A DNA stretch of 64,000 bases from Candidatus Poribacteria bacterium (GTDB lineage Bacteria > Poribacteria > WGA-4E > PCPOR2b): the NCBI GenBank assembly GCA_965215015.1, contig OZ244042.1, forward strand, positions 416,001 through 480,000, in the 5' to 3' direction. A model generated the notes under the pieces. The model was not told the DNA's origin, searched no databases, and was given only the letters and a program-made list of their open reading frames with translations. The position numbers and the translations under genes were made by a program. Shown here piece after piece: positions 20,933 through 29,544 of this stretch. Each line of letters begins with the position of its first letter. Position 1 is the first letter of the stretch.

Positions 20933-21763
20933 TCACGACAAATGAATTGACTTGAACGACTCAATTTGAGCGGTAATGGCACGCTCCGTTGGCAGACGCT
21001 CGGCACTTGACGCACCGTAGAATCCGACAACCCCACTCGTATTGTCAAGGATATACTGGGCATCTTCCGGCTCGGCGATAGGACCACCGTGACAAATAAC
21101 CAGGATTTCGGGGTTGACCGACTTCGCTACATCGTGGATGGCTTGCACCCGTTTGGCGGATTCTTCAAGCGTCAATGCAGTCTTTGCACCAATACTTCCC
21201 TTCGTTGTCAGTCCCATGTGAGCAACAAGAATGTCTGCGCCGGCATCCGCCATCTGTTCCGCCTCCGATTCGTTAAAGGCGTAGGGTGTCGTCAACATGC
21301 CGAGATTATGAGCGGTGCGAATCATCTCCACCTCTGGTCCGTATCCCATCCCTGTCTCTTCCAGATTTTGTCGAAATGTGCTATCAATTAAACCTACAGT
21401 CGGAAAATTCTGCACCCCAGAAAAGCCGATGGCGTCGATCTGTTTCAGGAATACATCCATCAAGCGAAACGGATCCGTCCCACAGACGCCTGCGAGCACG
21501 GGTATATTCTGAACAACCGGCAGCACTTCGCTCGCCATTTCAACCACAATTTGGTTGGCATCACCGTAGGGCATCATCCCTGCAAGTGACCCTCGACCCG
21601 CCATTCGGAAGCGTCCTGAGTTATAAATCACGATGAGATCTACACCGCCGGCCTCCTCACACTTGGCAGAGATGCCGGTTCCTGCGCCTGCACCGATAAT
21701 CGGTTTACCCGCCTCAACGTTTGTCCGCAATCGGCTTAAAATGTCCTCACGTTTGAATTTCAC
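20933..21763 (-). CDS. Phosphoenolpyruvate-hydrolase-like TIM-barrel protein (TIM-barrel signal transduction family)
   Basis: [52 protein letters not shown]. Confidence 0.88.
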   Translation of the reverse strand: MKFKREDILSRLRTNVEAGKPIIGAGAGTGISAKCEEAGGVDLIVIYNSGRFRMAGRGSLAGMMPYGDANQIVVEMASEVLPVVQNIPVLAGVCGTDPFRLMDVFLKQIDAIGFSGVQNFPTVGLIDSTFRQNLEETGMGYGPEVEMIRTAHNLGMLTTPYAFNESEAEQMADAGADILVAHMGLTTKGSIGAKTALTLEESAKRVQAIHDVAKSVNPEILVICHGGPIAEPEDAQYILDNTSGVVGFYGASSAERLPTERAITAQIESFKSIHLS

Positions 21764-21853
21764 TTTGCACCTCCAAATCCATTTGGATTTGCTACCCCGA
21801 TAGTTGGTAGGGCGGGCGTCCTAGCCCCGACCCACTCGCCCAATTCAATACCC

Positions 21854-21877
21854 GTAGGTCGAGATTCATATCTCGAC
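21854..21877. repeat. GTAG-type REP-like hairpin
   Basis: GTAG-GTCGAGA-ttcata-TCTCGAC. Confidence 0.6.
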
Positions 21878-21919
21878 ATTCTCAGTTTGTCTCTCCGTTG
21901 TGTTCTGATGTATCAACCC

Positions 21920-21950
21920 CGCTCGGCTTGGATAGACATATCCAAGCCAT
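21920..21950. repeat. 31-bp palindromic repeat, copy 2
   Basis: Exact reverse complement of 17716-17746. Confidence 0.85.
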
Positions 21951-22130
21951 AAACACCCGGACTCTCGCGCAATGTGCTAGGTATCTTGTACAGTGGATTT
22001 GTCAATCTGCTGCGAGCGGTGGTTGACTCGATTTAACTTCCTTTTCCCCGTTATCAACGTTTCCTAATAGTAGCAACTTAGGTTCAATTAAGCCGTGCGA
22101 CAGTTTCAAACTTTCGCACGGCTCGATAAA

Positions 22131-23126
22131 CTACACCGGAAAAACCAGTTTCTGATCAAAGAAGACCTGACTGACAGAACGTCGCTGGTGAATCCTCAGA
22201 ATCGCCTCGGCAAGCAGTGGGGCAATGGACAGGACCTTGACTTTGCTGCCAATCTGTTTCTCAGCAGGGACGGGAATGGTATTGGTGACAACAACTTCCT
22301 GAATCGAAGGACGATTTAGACGTTCTAGAGCAGGACCAACAAGCACCGGATGCGTAATGCTAAGATACGCAGGCTTGGCACCCGCTTCGACGATAGCATC
22401 CGCCTGCTGATAGATACTCCCACTCGTTACGAGGTCATCAATAATAATTGGGGTTTTGTCCACAACGTCACCGATGATTTCGGTGACGACCTTCACTTCT
22501 CTACCGCCAGTCCCACTTCGCCGTTTGTGCATGATTGCCAGCGGCATGCCGAGCATATCAACATACTTATCCGCCAGTTTCGCCCGACCGACATCGGGAG
22601 ACACAATTACGCCATCTTCAATCTGCTTCTCCTTAAAATAATCTGCCAGTGTCGGCAGCCCCGTCAGATGGTCTACGGGGATATCGAAGAAACCTTGGAT
22701 CTGCGCGGCGTGCAAATCAACGGCGACGACCCGATTCGCACCGGCGGTTGTGAGCAGGTTTGCTACCAGTTTCGCGCTAATCGGCTCTCGTCCTGTCGAC
22801 TTGTGGTCCTGTCGTGCATAGCCGAAATAGGGGATGACAGCGGTGATTTGCTGGGCAGAAGCGCGTTTCACCGCATCAATTATGACCAACAACTCCATCA
22901 GATTATCGTTTGTCGGTGGACACGTTGGCTGTACTATATAGATGTCAGCCCCCCGGATGCTTTCTTCAATTTGGGAATGGGTTTCATATCCGGGAAATGT
23001 GCTGACTGAAATTCTTCCCAATTCAACCCCTAAAATCGTAGCAATCTCCTTCGCTAATCCCGGATTGGCACGCCCGGCAAAAAGCCGGAAATCGCCTCGA
23101 ACTTCCCCGTTGGTTATTGTGGACAT
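22131..23126 (-). CDS. prs: Ribose-phosphate pyrophosphokinase
   Basis: NDNLMELL, IPYFGYARQD, DLHAAQIQGFFDIPVD, VSPDVG, VVTNTIP; ATG 23126 after GGAGG. Confidence 0.9.
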   Translation of the reverse strand: MSTITNGEVRGDFRLFAGRANPGLAKEIATILGVELGRISVSTFPGYETHSQIEESIRGADIYIVQPTCPPTNDNLMELLVIIDAVKRASAQQITAVIPYFGYARQDHKSTGREPISAKLVANLLTTAGANRVVAVDLHAAQIQGFFDIPVDHLTGLPTLADYFKEKQIEDGVIVSPDVGRAKLADKYVDMLGMPLAIMHKRRSGTGGREVKVVTEIIGDVVDKTPIIIDDLVTSGSIYQQADAIVEAGAKPAYLSITHPVLVGPALERLNRPSIQEVVVTNTIPVPAEKQIGSKVKVLSIAPLLAEAILRIHQRRSVSQVFFDQKLVFPV

Positions 23127-23230
23127 AGCTAAGACCTCCATAGAACGTAATGCGTGAAGCCCCGCTAGATAAATCACTGCACGACTTACCTGGCGAACTC
23201 CAAAATGTAAGGTGAATTGCTGCTCTCCCA

Positions 23231-23719
23231 TCACCAGCGATTTGTAATCTCCGGTGGGAAAGCACCGGATTCAATCTCAGCAATCAAATCTTGAAGTGCG
23301 TTCCTCGCCTGATTTGCCAAATCGGACTGTATCCAATTCCGCGCTATAGCTGATTCAAATTCAGCTTCATCTTCGACCTGATAGCTACCGTCCGGTGAAA
23401 CCCACAGATCTAAAAATAAATCAGTTATTTCAAAATGGGTGTCCGTCCGTTTCATCGGCAAGATGATGTCGCAGTAGTACCCTGTGAAGTGTTCGTCGAG
23501 ATTATAGATCTTCCCAATGTCATACCAGCGGTTGGCGAAGACAAACCAAACCGCCCTGTAGTTATCCCCAAGGACGGTCACACCATCAATAACGATTGGA
23601 CTGGAAGGCTTGATACGTTGCGTGGTGACAATGACATCGTCGTCTTGGTAAAGCAGATTTTGTGGAAAGTGATTTACGCGATCCGGCAGGCGTTTATAAA
23701 TCAGTTCAATTGTTTCCAT
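23231..23719 (-). CDS. DUF402-domain protein
   Basis: GYYCDIILP, TDLFLDLWVSPDG, EDEAEF motifs; overlaps the trpF end. Confidence 0.8.
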   Translation of the reverse strand: METIELIYKRLPDRVNHFPQNLLYQDDDVIVTTQRIKPSSPIVIDGVTVLGDNYRAVWFVFANRWYDIGKIYNLDEHFTGYYCDIILPMKRTDTHFEITDLFLDLWVSPDGSYQVEDEAEFESAIARNWIQSDLANQARNALQDLIAEIESGAFPPEITNRW

Positions 23720-24339
23720 TTGCGATCCATCTCTTTCACAGTCTGAATAAATGCTTGCACTTTGACCGGATCTTTCCGCCCGGGTCTCACCTCGACTCCA
23801 CTACTGACATCAACGCCATAAGGTCGCACTTGTTGGACAGCGGACCCAACGTTATCGGGATCGAGTCCACCCGCGAGGATGATCCGACCGTACTGTTTCG
23901 CCTTTACGGCAAGATGCCAGTCAAACGCCACCCCTGTACCGCCCAGGGCTCCTTTGACATAAGTATCCAGCAGATACCCACTGACACGGTAATCGGACAG
24001 ATGAGCAAAACTCGATTCGTCTTTGACTCGCGCCGCTTTGATGATCCTGCGATTGAGCACCCGGCAGAACTGAGGGGACTCATCGCCGTGCAACTGTAGC
24101 ATATCCAGATGACACTCATCAGCAGTTGTCCGAATCACCTCCGGAGCCGCGTTGACAAACAGTCCAACCGTCGTGATGAAAGGGGGAAGTTGTTCAATAA
24201 TCTTGGCCGCAGCTTTTGTATCTTTAAGGTAGCGCGGGGTATCAGGAACAAATGCGAAGCCGAGGGCATCTGCACCCGCATCAGTTGCCATCAGTGCATC
24301 GTCAATGTTGGTGATCCCACAAATCTTAATTCGCGTCAA
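23701..24339 (-). CDS. trpF: Phosphoribosylanthranilate isomerase
   Basis: IKICGIT, QLHGDE, LLDT, GGTG, LAGGL, GVDVSSGVE. Confidence 0.96.
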   Translation of the reverse strand: MTRIKICGITNIDDALMATDAGADALGFAFVPDTPRYLKDTKAAAKIIEQLPPFITTVGLFVNAAPEVIRTTADECHLDMLQLHGDESPQFCRVLNRRIIKAARVKDESSFAHLSDYRVSGYLLDTYVKGALGGTGVAFDWHLAVKAKQYGRIILAGGLDPDNVGSAVQQVRPYGVDVSSGVEVRPGRKDPVKVQAFIQTVKEMDRKWKQLN

Positions 24340-24366
24340 CTCGTCCCTCCTTCTCCCGTATCCTTC

Positions 24367-26202
24367 CTACCGAATAACAATTTCAAACGGTATCACTGCT
24401 GCAACAGACTCATTGCCGAACAGATGCAGCCAGTAAAAATTGGACAAAGTGCGCTCAATCGGCATTGGCATGGGGAGGTGAGACGTCATCGGAATCCGTA
24501 TGTCCATCTCTATATCCTCTATCAGTGTCTCGAAGAAGGTCTTCGGCTTTGGCAGGGTGATGATATCAATCTCATCGGTGGGCTCCATTCCAATCTGTTT
24601 TTTGGCAATTGCGATGGCTGTGTCAAGCCCGCCAAGTTCATCAACAAGTCCAATCTCCTTTGCTTGTTTTCCAGTCCAGATTCGTCCCTGTGCGAGTTCG
24701 TGAATCTCCCCTTCAGTTTTATTCCGTCCTTCAGCAGCCTTTCGGACAAAATTCTGATAGATCGTCTCTAGCAACTTCCGCAATCGTTCACGCTCTGTCT
24801 GCGTAAAATCGCCGTAATCTGAATAGAGATTCGCATTCTTCCCGCGCGTGATAACCGCTTTCGTCAACCCAATCTTGTTGTAGAGTCCTTTGAGGTTGAG
24901 TTTGCCGCCAAGTACCCCAATCGAGCCGGTAATTGTCCCCGGTTCGGCGACAATAGTCCCCGCAGCCATGGCGATATAATACCCACCCGACCCCGCAACA
25001 TCCGACATCGATACAACAAGCGGTTTTTCCCGTTGAGTCAGCAGCACTTCCCGCCAAATGGCGTCTGATGCAACCGCAGACCCACCGGGGCTATCAACCC
25101 GCATTACGACTGCCTGAATGGCATTGTCCTCGCGGGCTTCACGTAACGCCTTGGCCACTACGCCGGGGGTAATAACCTGCCCGGTTGTGAACAGACTAGT
25201 AGGGGCGTCAGACATGATGGGGCCGGTAGCGTAAATTAACGCAACCTTCGGTTTTCCCTCCCCGGAGGTTGGCTTTTTCGACGATGCAAGCATCGAAAAA
25301 AGTCTCATAAATCCCGCAAAGCCGGTGAGCTCAGGTGCCCCCGTCGTTTTTTTGCCGTAGTCCGAAACAACTTCGATTTTTTCCTTCGCACGTCCTTCAA
25401 TTGATTGCACCAATTCGTCATAGTATTGGAGTTCATCAACCAGCTTCGCCTGATATGCTTCCTCGGCAGTAAAGGGTCCCTGATCAATGAGATCAACAAT
25501 CGACGCCGCATCAATTTCACCCCGTCCGTTGGCGAGCATTTCAACCTGCTGGGCATACAGGTCATCGAGGATTGCATTCAGTGCTTCCCTCTGGGCCTCC
25601 GACATACTATCTCGCATGAACGGCTCAATCGCTGATTTATACTTGCCGACGGTGTACATATCCGCTTTGATGTCTAGTTTATCTAGAAGCCCTCGGTAGA
25701 ACATCACTTCAGCCCGTAGCCCTGTCAAACCGACCATCCCCGCCGGCATCAATACAATTCGATCCGCGGCACAGGCGAGCAGATATTCCGTATTGCCGCC
25801 GCTTTCGAGATAACTGATGACTTCGATCCCGTCGCCTCGGAGTTGAATAATCTTGTCACGGAGTTCCTGTAGCTTCGCCCAACCGATCCCGAGTCCTTCG
25901 ATCTTCAGTAAGACGCCGGCAACTTCGTCGTCCTTGCGAATTTTGTCAATCTGTTTTGTTATGCTTCGGAGGGTTTTGACTTGTGTCGAAAATACAAATG
26001 CGGGTCTGACCTCTGCAAGTGGGCCCCTGATTGATAGCTCGACATACTTACGCGAAGGTATCTGCTGTGCAGTTGTAGTTTCGTGTGGGGCACCGGGGGA
26101 TCCCTCCGGTTCAACCGCTTCCTCTTGAGCGAAAGCAGGGTGCCAAATTAGAAGGAAACTGATGACGGTCGGCAGCCAGAATAGCTTTGTCAGTTTCAGC
26201 AT
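24367..26202 (-). CDS. sppA: Signal peptide peptidase SppA (67K type, S49)
   Basis: Two S49 domains; GKYKSAIEPF, RVDSPGGS, GSGGYYIA, TGSIGV, AQGRIWTG. Confidence 0.93.
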   Translation of the reverse strand: MLKLTKLFWLPTVISFLLIWHPAFAQEEAVEPEGSPGAPHETTTAQQIPSRKYVELSIRGPLAEVRPAFVFSTQVKTLRSITKQIDKIRKDDEVAGVLLKIEGLGIGWAKLQELRDKIIQLRGDGIEVISYLESGGNTEYLLACAADRIVLMPAGMVGLTGLRAEVMFYRGLLDKLDIKADMYTVGKYKSAIEPFMRDSMSEAQREALNAILDDLYAQQVEMLANGRGEIDAASIVDLIDQGPFTAEEAYQAKLVDELQYYDELVQSIEGRAKEKIEVVSDYGKKTTGAPELTGFAGFMRLFSMLASSKKPTSGEGKPKVALIYATGPIMSDAPTSLFTTGQVITPGVVAKALREAREDNAIQAVVMRVDSPGGSAVASDAIWREVLLTQREKPLVVSMSDVAGSGGYYIAMAAGTIVAEPGTITGSIGVLGGKLNLKGLYNKIGLTKAVITRGKNANLYSDYGDFTQTERERLRKLLETIYQNFVRKAAEGRNKTEGEIHELAQGRIWTGKQAKEIGLVDELGGLDTAIAIAKKQIGMEPTDEIDIITLPKPKTFFETLIEDIEMDIRIPMTSHLPMPMPIERTLSNFYWLHLFGNESVAAVIPFEIVIR

Positions 26203-26345
26203 GGTGCTATCCTTTCTTAATATGATTTGTGAGATCCGAACGGGCTTATTTTAACAAATCATACGGTATGTTTCAACCCCAAACGGTGTATTTCCGAGGA
26301 CAATCGCATATAAAAGATATTGAAACAACAACCGTTTGCGCCATT

Positions 26346-26407
26346 GTAGGGGCAGTCCTTGTGGCTGCCCTTCGTACTTGTAGGAAACGCAGCTCTGCCT
26401 TCCCTAC
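26346..26407. repeat. Two GTAG-type REP-like hairpins
   Basis: GTAG-GGGCAGTC-cttgt-GGCTGCCC (26346-26371) and GTAGGAAACGCAG...TTCCCTAC (26380-26407); the second contains the stop codon of the next CDS. Confidence 0.6.
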
Positions 26408-27258
26408 AGCGGACGGAACTCCACCAACCGGATGTTGGCGTCAAACCCAGGAGCCCCTACATACTGAACAGCATTTAGATTGATGCTATCTGCATGTGCA
26501 AAATGGATGTGACCGCAAAACACGGCGACAAGATTCTCCGCCCTCGCAAGGATACGCACAAATTCTAAGGTTGAGGGTAGATTGTCTCCCGTGTCCCATC
26601 GATCTCGACTCTCAGGCCCCCATTCTGGATCGGCGATTAAAATTGGGGCATCAAAGTGCTCTAATGTCGGTTCCCGTAGCGTTGGAAGACTCAAAGGGAT
26701 ATGGGTAAGCAACACCGTTGGCATTCCGTTTGCCAAATGTGTATCCACAAATGCTGTCTGTTCTTCGTCCACCTGGTAGATGGAATCATCGACCATCAAA
26801 AATTGGATGCCCCCGATTTCATGTCGGGCATACGCCGCCTGCCCGTGATGAAGCGGTGCCAGTGCACCCCACCATGCCTCCCGTAATTCTCGACGTCCCT
26901 CTAAGCCGGGGTAATGCCAATCGTGGTTTCCAGAGGTATACAGTGTGGGCACCCCCACTTTATCAATCGACGTTACAAGGCTTTCTACACCCGCCTGAGA
27001 GGGGAAATGAACCATATCACCGGTCAACGCCATCAGATCCAAAGAACTTCCCTTGGCTTCTTCCATGAGTCTGTCAAAGGTTAGATTTCTCGATTCAAAA
27101 CGCTCGCACGCTGCTTGACAAGCCTCTATATGTTCAGCGTCCCGGTCATCAATGAGGGCAATGTGTGAATCAGTGACGTGGAGCATCCGCACCGTTTGAT
27201 GTAATCCCTCGACGCAAATTGTTGCTGTGTTATCACTCCATTTGTGTGTCGTTCGCAT
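26404..27258 (-). CDS. Calcineurin-like metallophosphoesterase
   Basis: TDSH, TGD, GNHD, THIP, GHIH motifs; start reassigned to ATG 27258 because the upstream extension lies in repeat DNA. Confidence 0.88.
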   Translation of the reverse strand: MRTTHKWSDNTATICVEGLHQTVRMLHVTDSHIALIDDRDAEHIEACQAACERFESRNLTFDRLMEEAKGSSLDLMALTGDMVHFPSQAGVESLVTSIDKVGVPTLYTSGNHDWHYPGLEGRRELREAWWGALAPLHHGQAAYARHEIGGIQFLMVDDSIYQVDEEQTAFVDTHLANGMPTVLLTHIPLSLPTLREPTLEHFDAPILIADPEWGPESRDRWDTGDNLPSTLEFVRILARAENLVAVFCGHIHFAHADSINLNAVQYVGAPGFDANIRLVEFRPL

Positions 27259-27433
27259 GTTTGTTTTCCTTGTATAATAACCCAAGTTGCTAGCTAGGTA
27301 TTGAAAATCCATCGGATTGTTGTTAAAATTGATGTGTTCAATCTTTCGGTCCAGAGGAGCAATATGTCTATAGAATAGCGATGTGTCCAATCTCCGCGCT
27401 CCAGGGGAGCGCAATGCGTATAGTAAAGCGTGT

Positions 27434-28963
27434 CTAACTGCCGGTAGTATGAAGGTGCTTCATAAATTGCTTAGTTACCCGATTAATGGTTTCTCTCACA
27501 TCAAACAATGCGTCTTCCGCGGGATATAACTCGTCCTTCTCAAGTTTCTCATACGGTAAAGCAATCGCATATTCAACCACTGCGACTTCATAGCAAACTT
27601 ATCGAAACTCTCGTGAATCGGTAGAATTGCCTCCAGTTTCAAATGCACTAGCGATTTGGGGATGGTCTAAGTTTATAAAAATGGTCTTTGTATCACCAAC
27701 GTACCTTGATCGATTTTGTTCAGCAGTGAAACGCTCAAATTCAATGGAGAAAACTGCTTTTCTCCGTTTTCCATTTCCTTCGCTTCGATTTTTTCTGGGC
27801 TTGGGTTTGTTTTCTGGGGGTGTAGTTGGTTTTGGTCTCGGGGTATTTCCCGGCAGGCTTCTATTCCTGGGATGCCTAACCCTTTGAGTCATTTCAAGTT
27901 CCATCTCCTGTTGCGCGAAGTCTTGGTTGAGGATATCCGAGATCCTATCAGCTTCTTTCGCCAGCTTTGTTTCCATTTCCGATTGACGTTTTTCACGAGC
28001 TTGTCTCACAAGCTCTGATCTTATTTCTTCAAGCTCGTTTGAGACCCAACCCAATAGTACTACAACCACGGGGTTTTGTCGATTCAGCGTGTTATTTCTC
28101 GTGTTATCAAAAGCTGGAATGGGCCATTCACCCTCCTCCAAGATTGGTACATCGATCTGTCCAAAAATTTGATTCGCATTCTCCTTCCGCTCAATTCCTC
28201 CAAGCGTCGTTTCATGCCAGATGCCGTGTGATAAAATGTCAATTCCCCGCATATCATCATTTAATGGTGCGGGAGATACCTTCACATCCAAACATACGTT
28301 ACCGATGTGTTTGGCAACTTCTATTGGCGGAAAACGCTCAAATTGTGCTACAAACGGTGGTTCTTTAAACTTGCACACATGCCCGTTTACAGTAACCCTG
28401 GCACGAGTACGGTAACGACTGAGATGGCGTTCAATGTATGAAATTACCTTGTCAACATTCGGACGTTTTATATTGAAATCGCGGAGGACTACAATTGTCC
28501 CAGCGTCTTCATCCGTTGGCTGATTTACCTCAATGTCTCGAACAGAAAAAGGTTCGCCGCTTTGTGCTTGTTCAATGTCTCTCCTGTGTAATTCAACAAT
28601 GTTCCGCGAACCTGCCTGAATCGTATCAATGCAAAGCAAGTTTGCCAAGCCAAAGGCGGCACATTTGCCTGTGCCAAATCGCCCTCGGACTCTCCGTCCC
28701 TGTTGTCTGAGGATATTCTTCCCATGCATCTGAAAGAAACCGTCTAACTCTTTTCTGGACATGCCACGACTATTGTCAGATATGCTAATTTCGTGACTTG
28801 TTATCTCAACCGCAATGACTGTTAAGATGTCATTTTTGACAGCATCCAAAGAGTTCGCGACGTATTCCCAAACTACCTTGGGCATGGTATTAAAATATGC
28901 AGCATTCTGAAGGAAATCCCTAGCCACATGCGAAGTTACCTTGATAGAGCTTTCTATCGCCAT
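27434..28963 (-). pseudogene. MORC/MutL-like GHKL ATPase with an in-frame TAA at 27599-27601 (454 aa to the TAA; 509 codons if read through)
   Basis: GHKL motifs EYVANSLDA, SDNSRGM, GRFGTGK, AGT; coiled coil and Pro/Lys linker. After EFR* the frame stays open for 54 codons (VCYEVAVVEYAIALPYEKLE...DALFDVRETINRVTKQF...) to TAG at 27434. ATG overlaps the upstream TAA (TAATG). Confidence 0.75.
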
Positions 28964-29544
28964 TACTGTACCTCCTTTGAAAATTTCGTTTGAAGCAAAT
29001 CCCACAGTTTCGATAAGGTACCATCATCGCTTACCGCGTTCGCTATGATTGCGTATCGCCGCTGTCTGGTTTTGATCTGAAAATACTCATTTACTCGTGC
29101 AAACTCGTAGAAATCTTGCACATCGATCTCTTTAGATTTGCCTTCAACGAATAGGTTATACGCTTTTGTATTGAACAAACGGTTGCGCTCTAGCTCCTGA
29201 TTTGCAAAAATAGAAGCTTTCCTGTGTTTAACCGGCAGGTCATTGTGAATGGCACCGAGGTCTACAGTTTTTATCCACTTCAAGCCTGCGGGACTTAGCA
29301 TCCAACCTTTCGTATTGTTTCCGACCACCAATTCTCCATATTGGGTTTTCTTCGCGTCTTGGAGCGCGAAATTAACAGCCACTATATCAATGTGCTCAGG
29401 ATATTTTCGCCAATTAAAACGCCCGGGGGCAATATTATTCACCTTGAGGGCGATATCCTCTCGATCAACATACACTGTATCTCCGTCTAAGAGTGCTACC
29501 GCTATCGTCACGAGTTGTGGTTTTGTGAATTCAACCCTTTGCAT
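28963..29544 (-). CDS. Hypothetical protein with winged-helix-like N-terminal domain
   Basis: 193-aa ORF overlapping both neighbours; EDIALKV...GRFNWRKYP...ALQDAKK...GWMLSPAGLKW resembles a wHTH with its wing. Confidence 0.6.
   Translation of the reverse strand: MQRVEFTKPQLVTIAVALLDGDTVYVDREDIALKVNNIAPGRFNWRKYPEHIDIVAVNFALQDAKKTQYGELVVGNNTKGWMLSPAGLKWIKTVDLGAIHNDLPVKHRKASIFANQELERNRLFNTKAYNLFVEGKSKEIDVQDFYEFARVNEYFQIKTRQRRYAIIANAVSDDGTLSKLWDLLQTKFSKEVQ

Noticed and set aside
27259-27414. N-terminal extension of the metallophosphoesterase in the ORF track (likewise 17901-17954, 23127-23234, 28964-29005)
   Set aside because: The extensions run through repeat DNA or upstream genes; better RBS-linked starts lie downstream.
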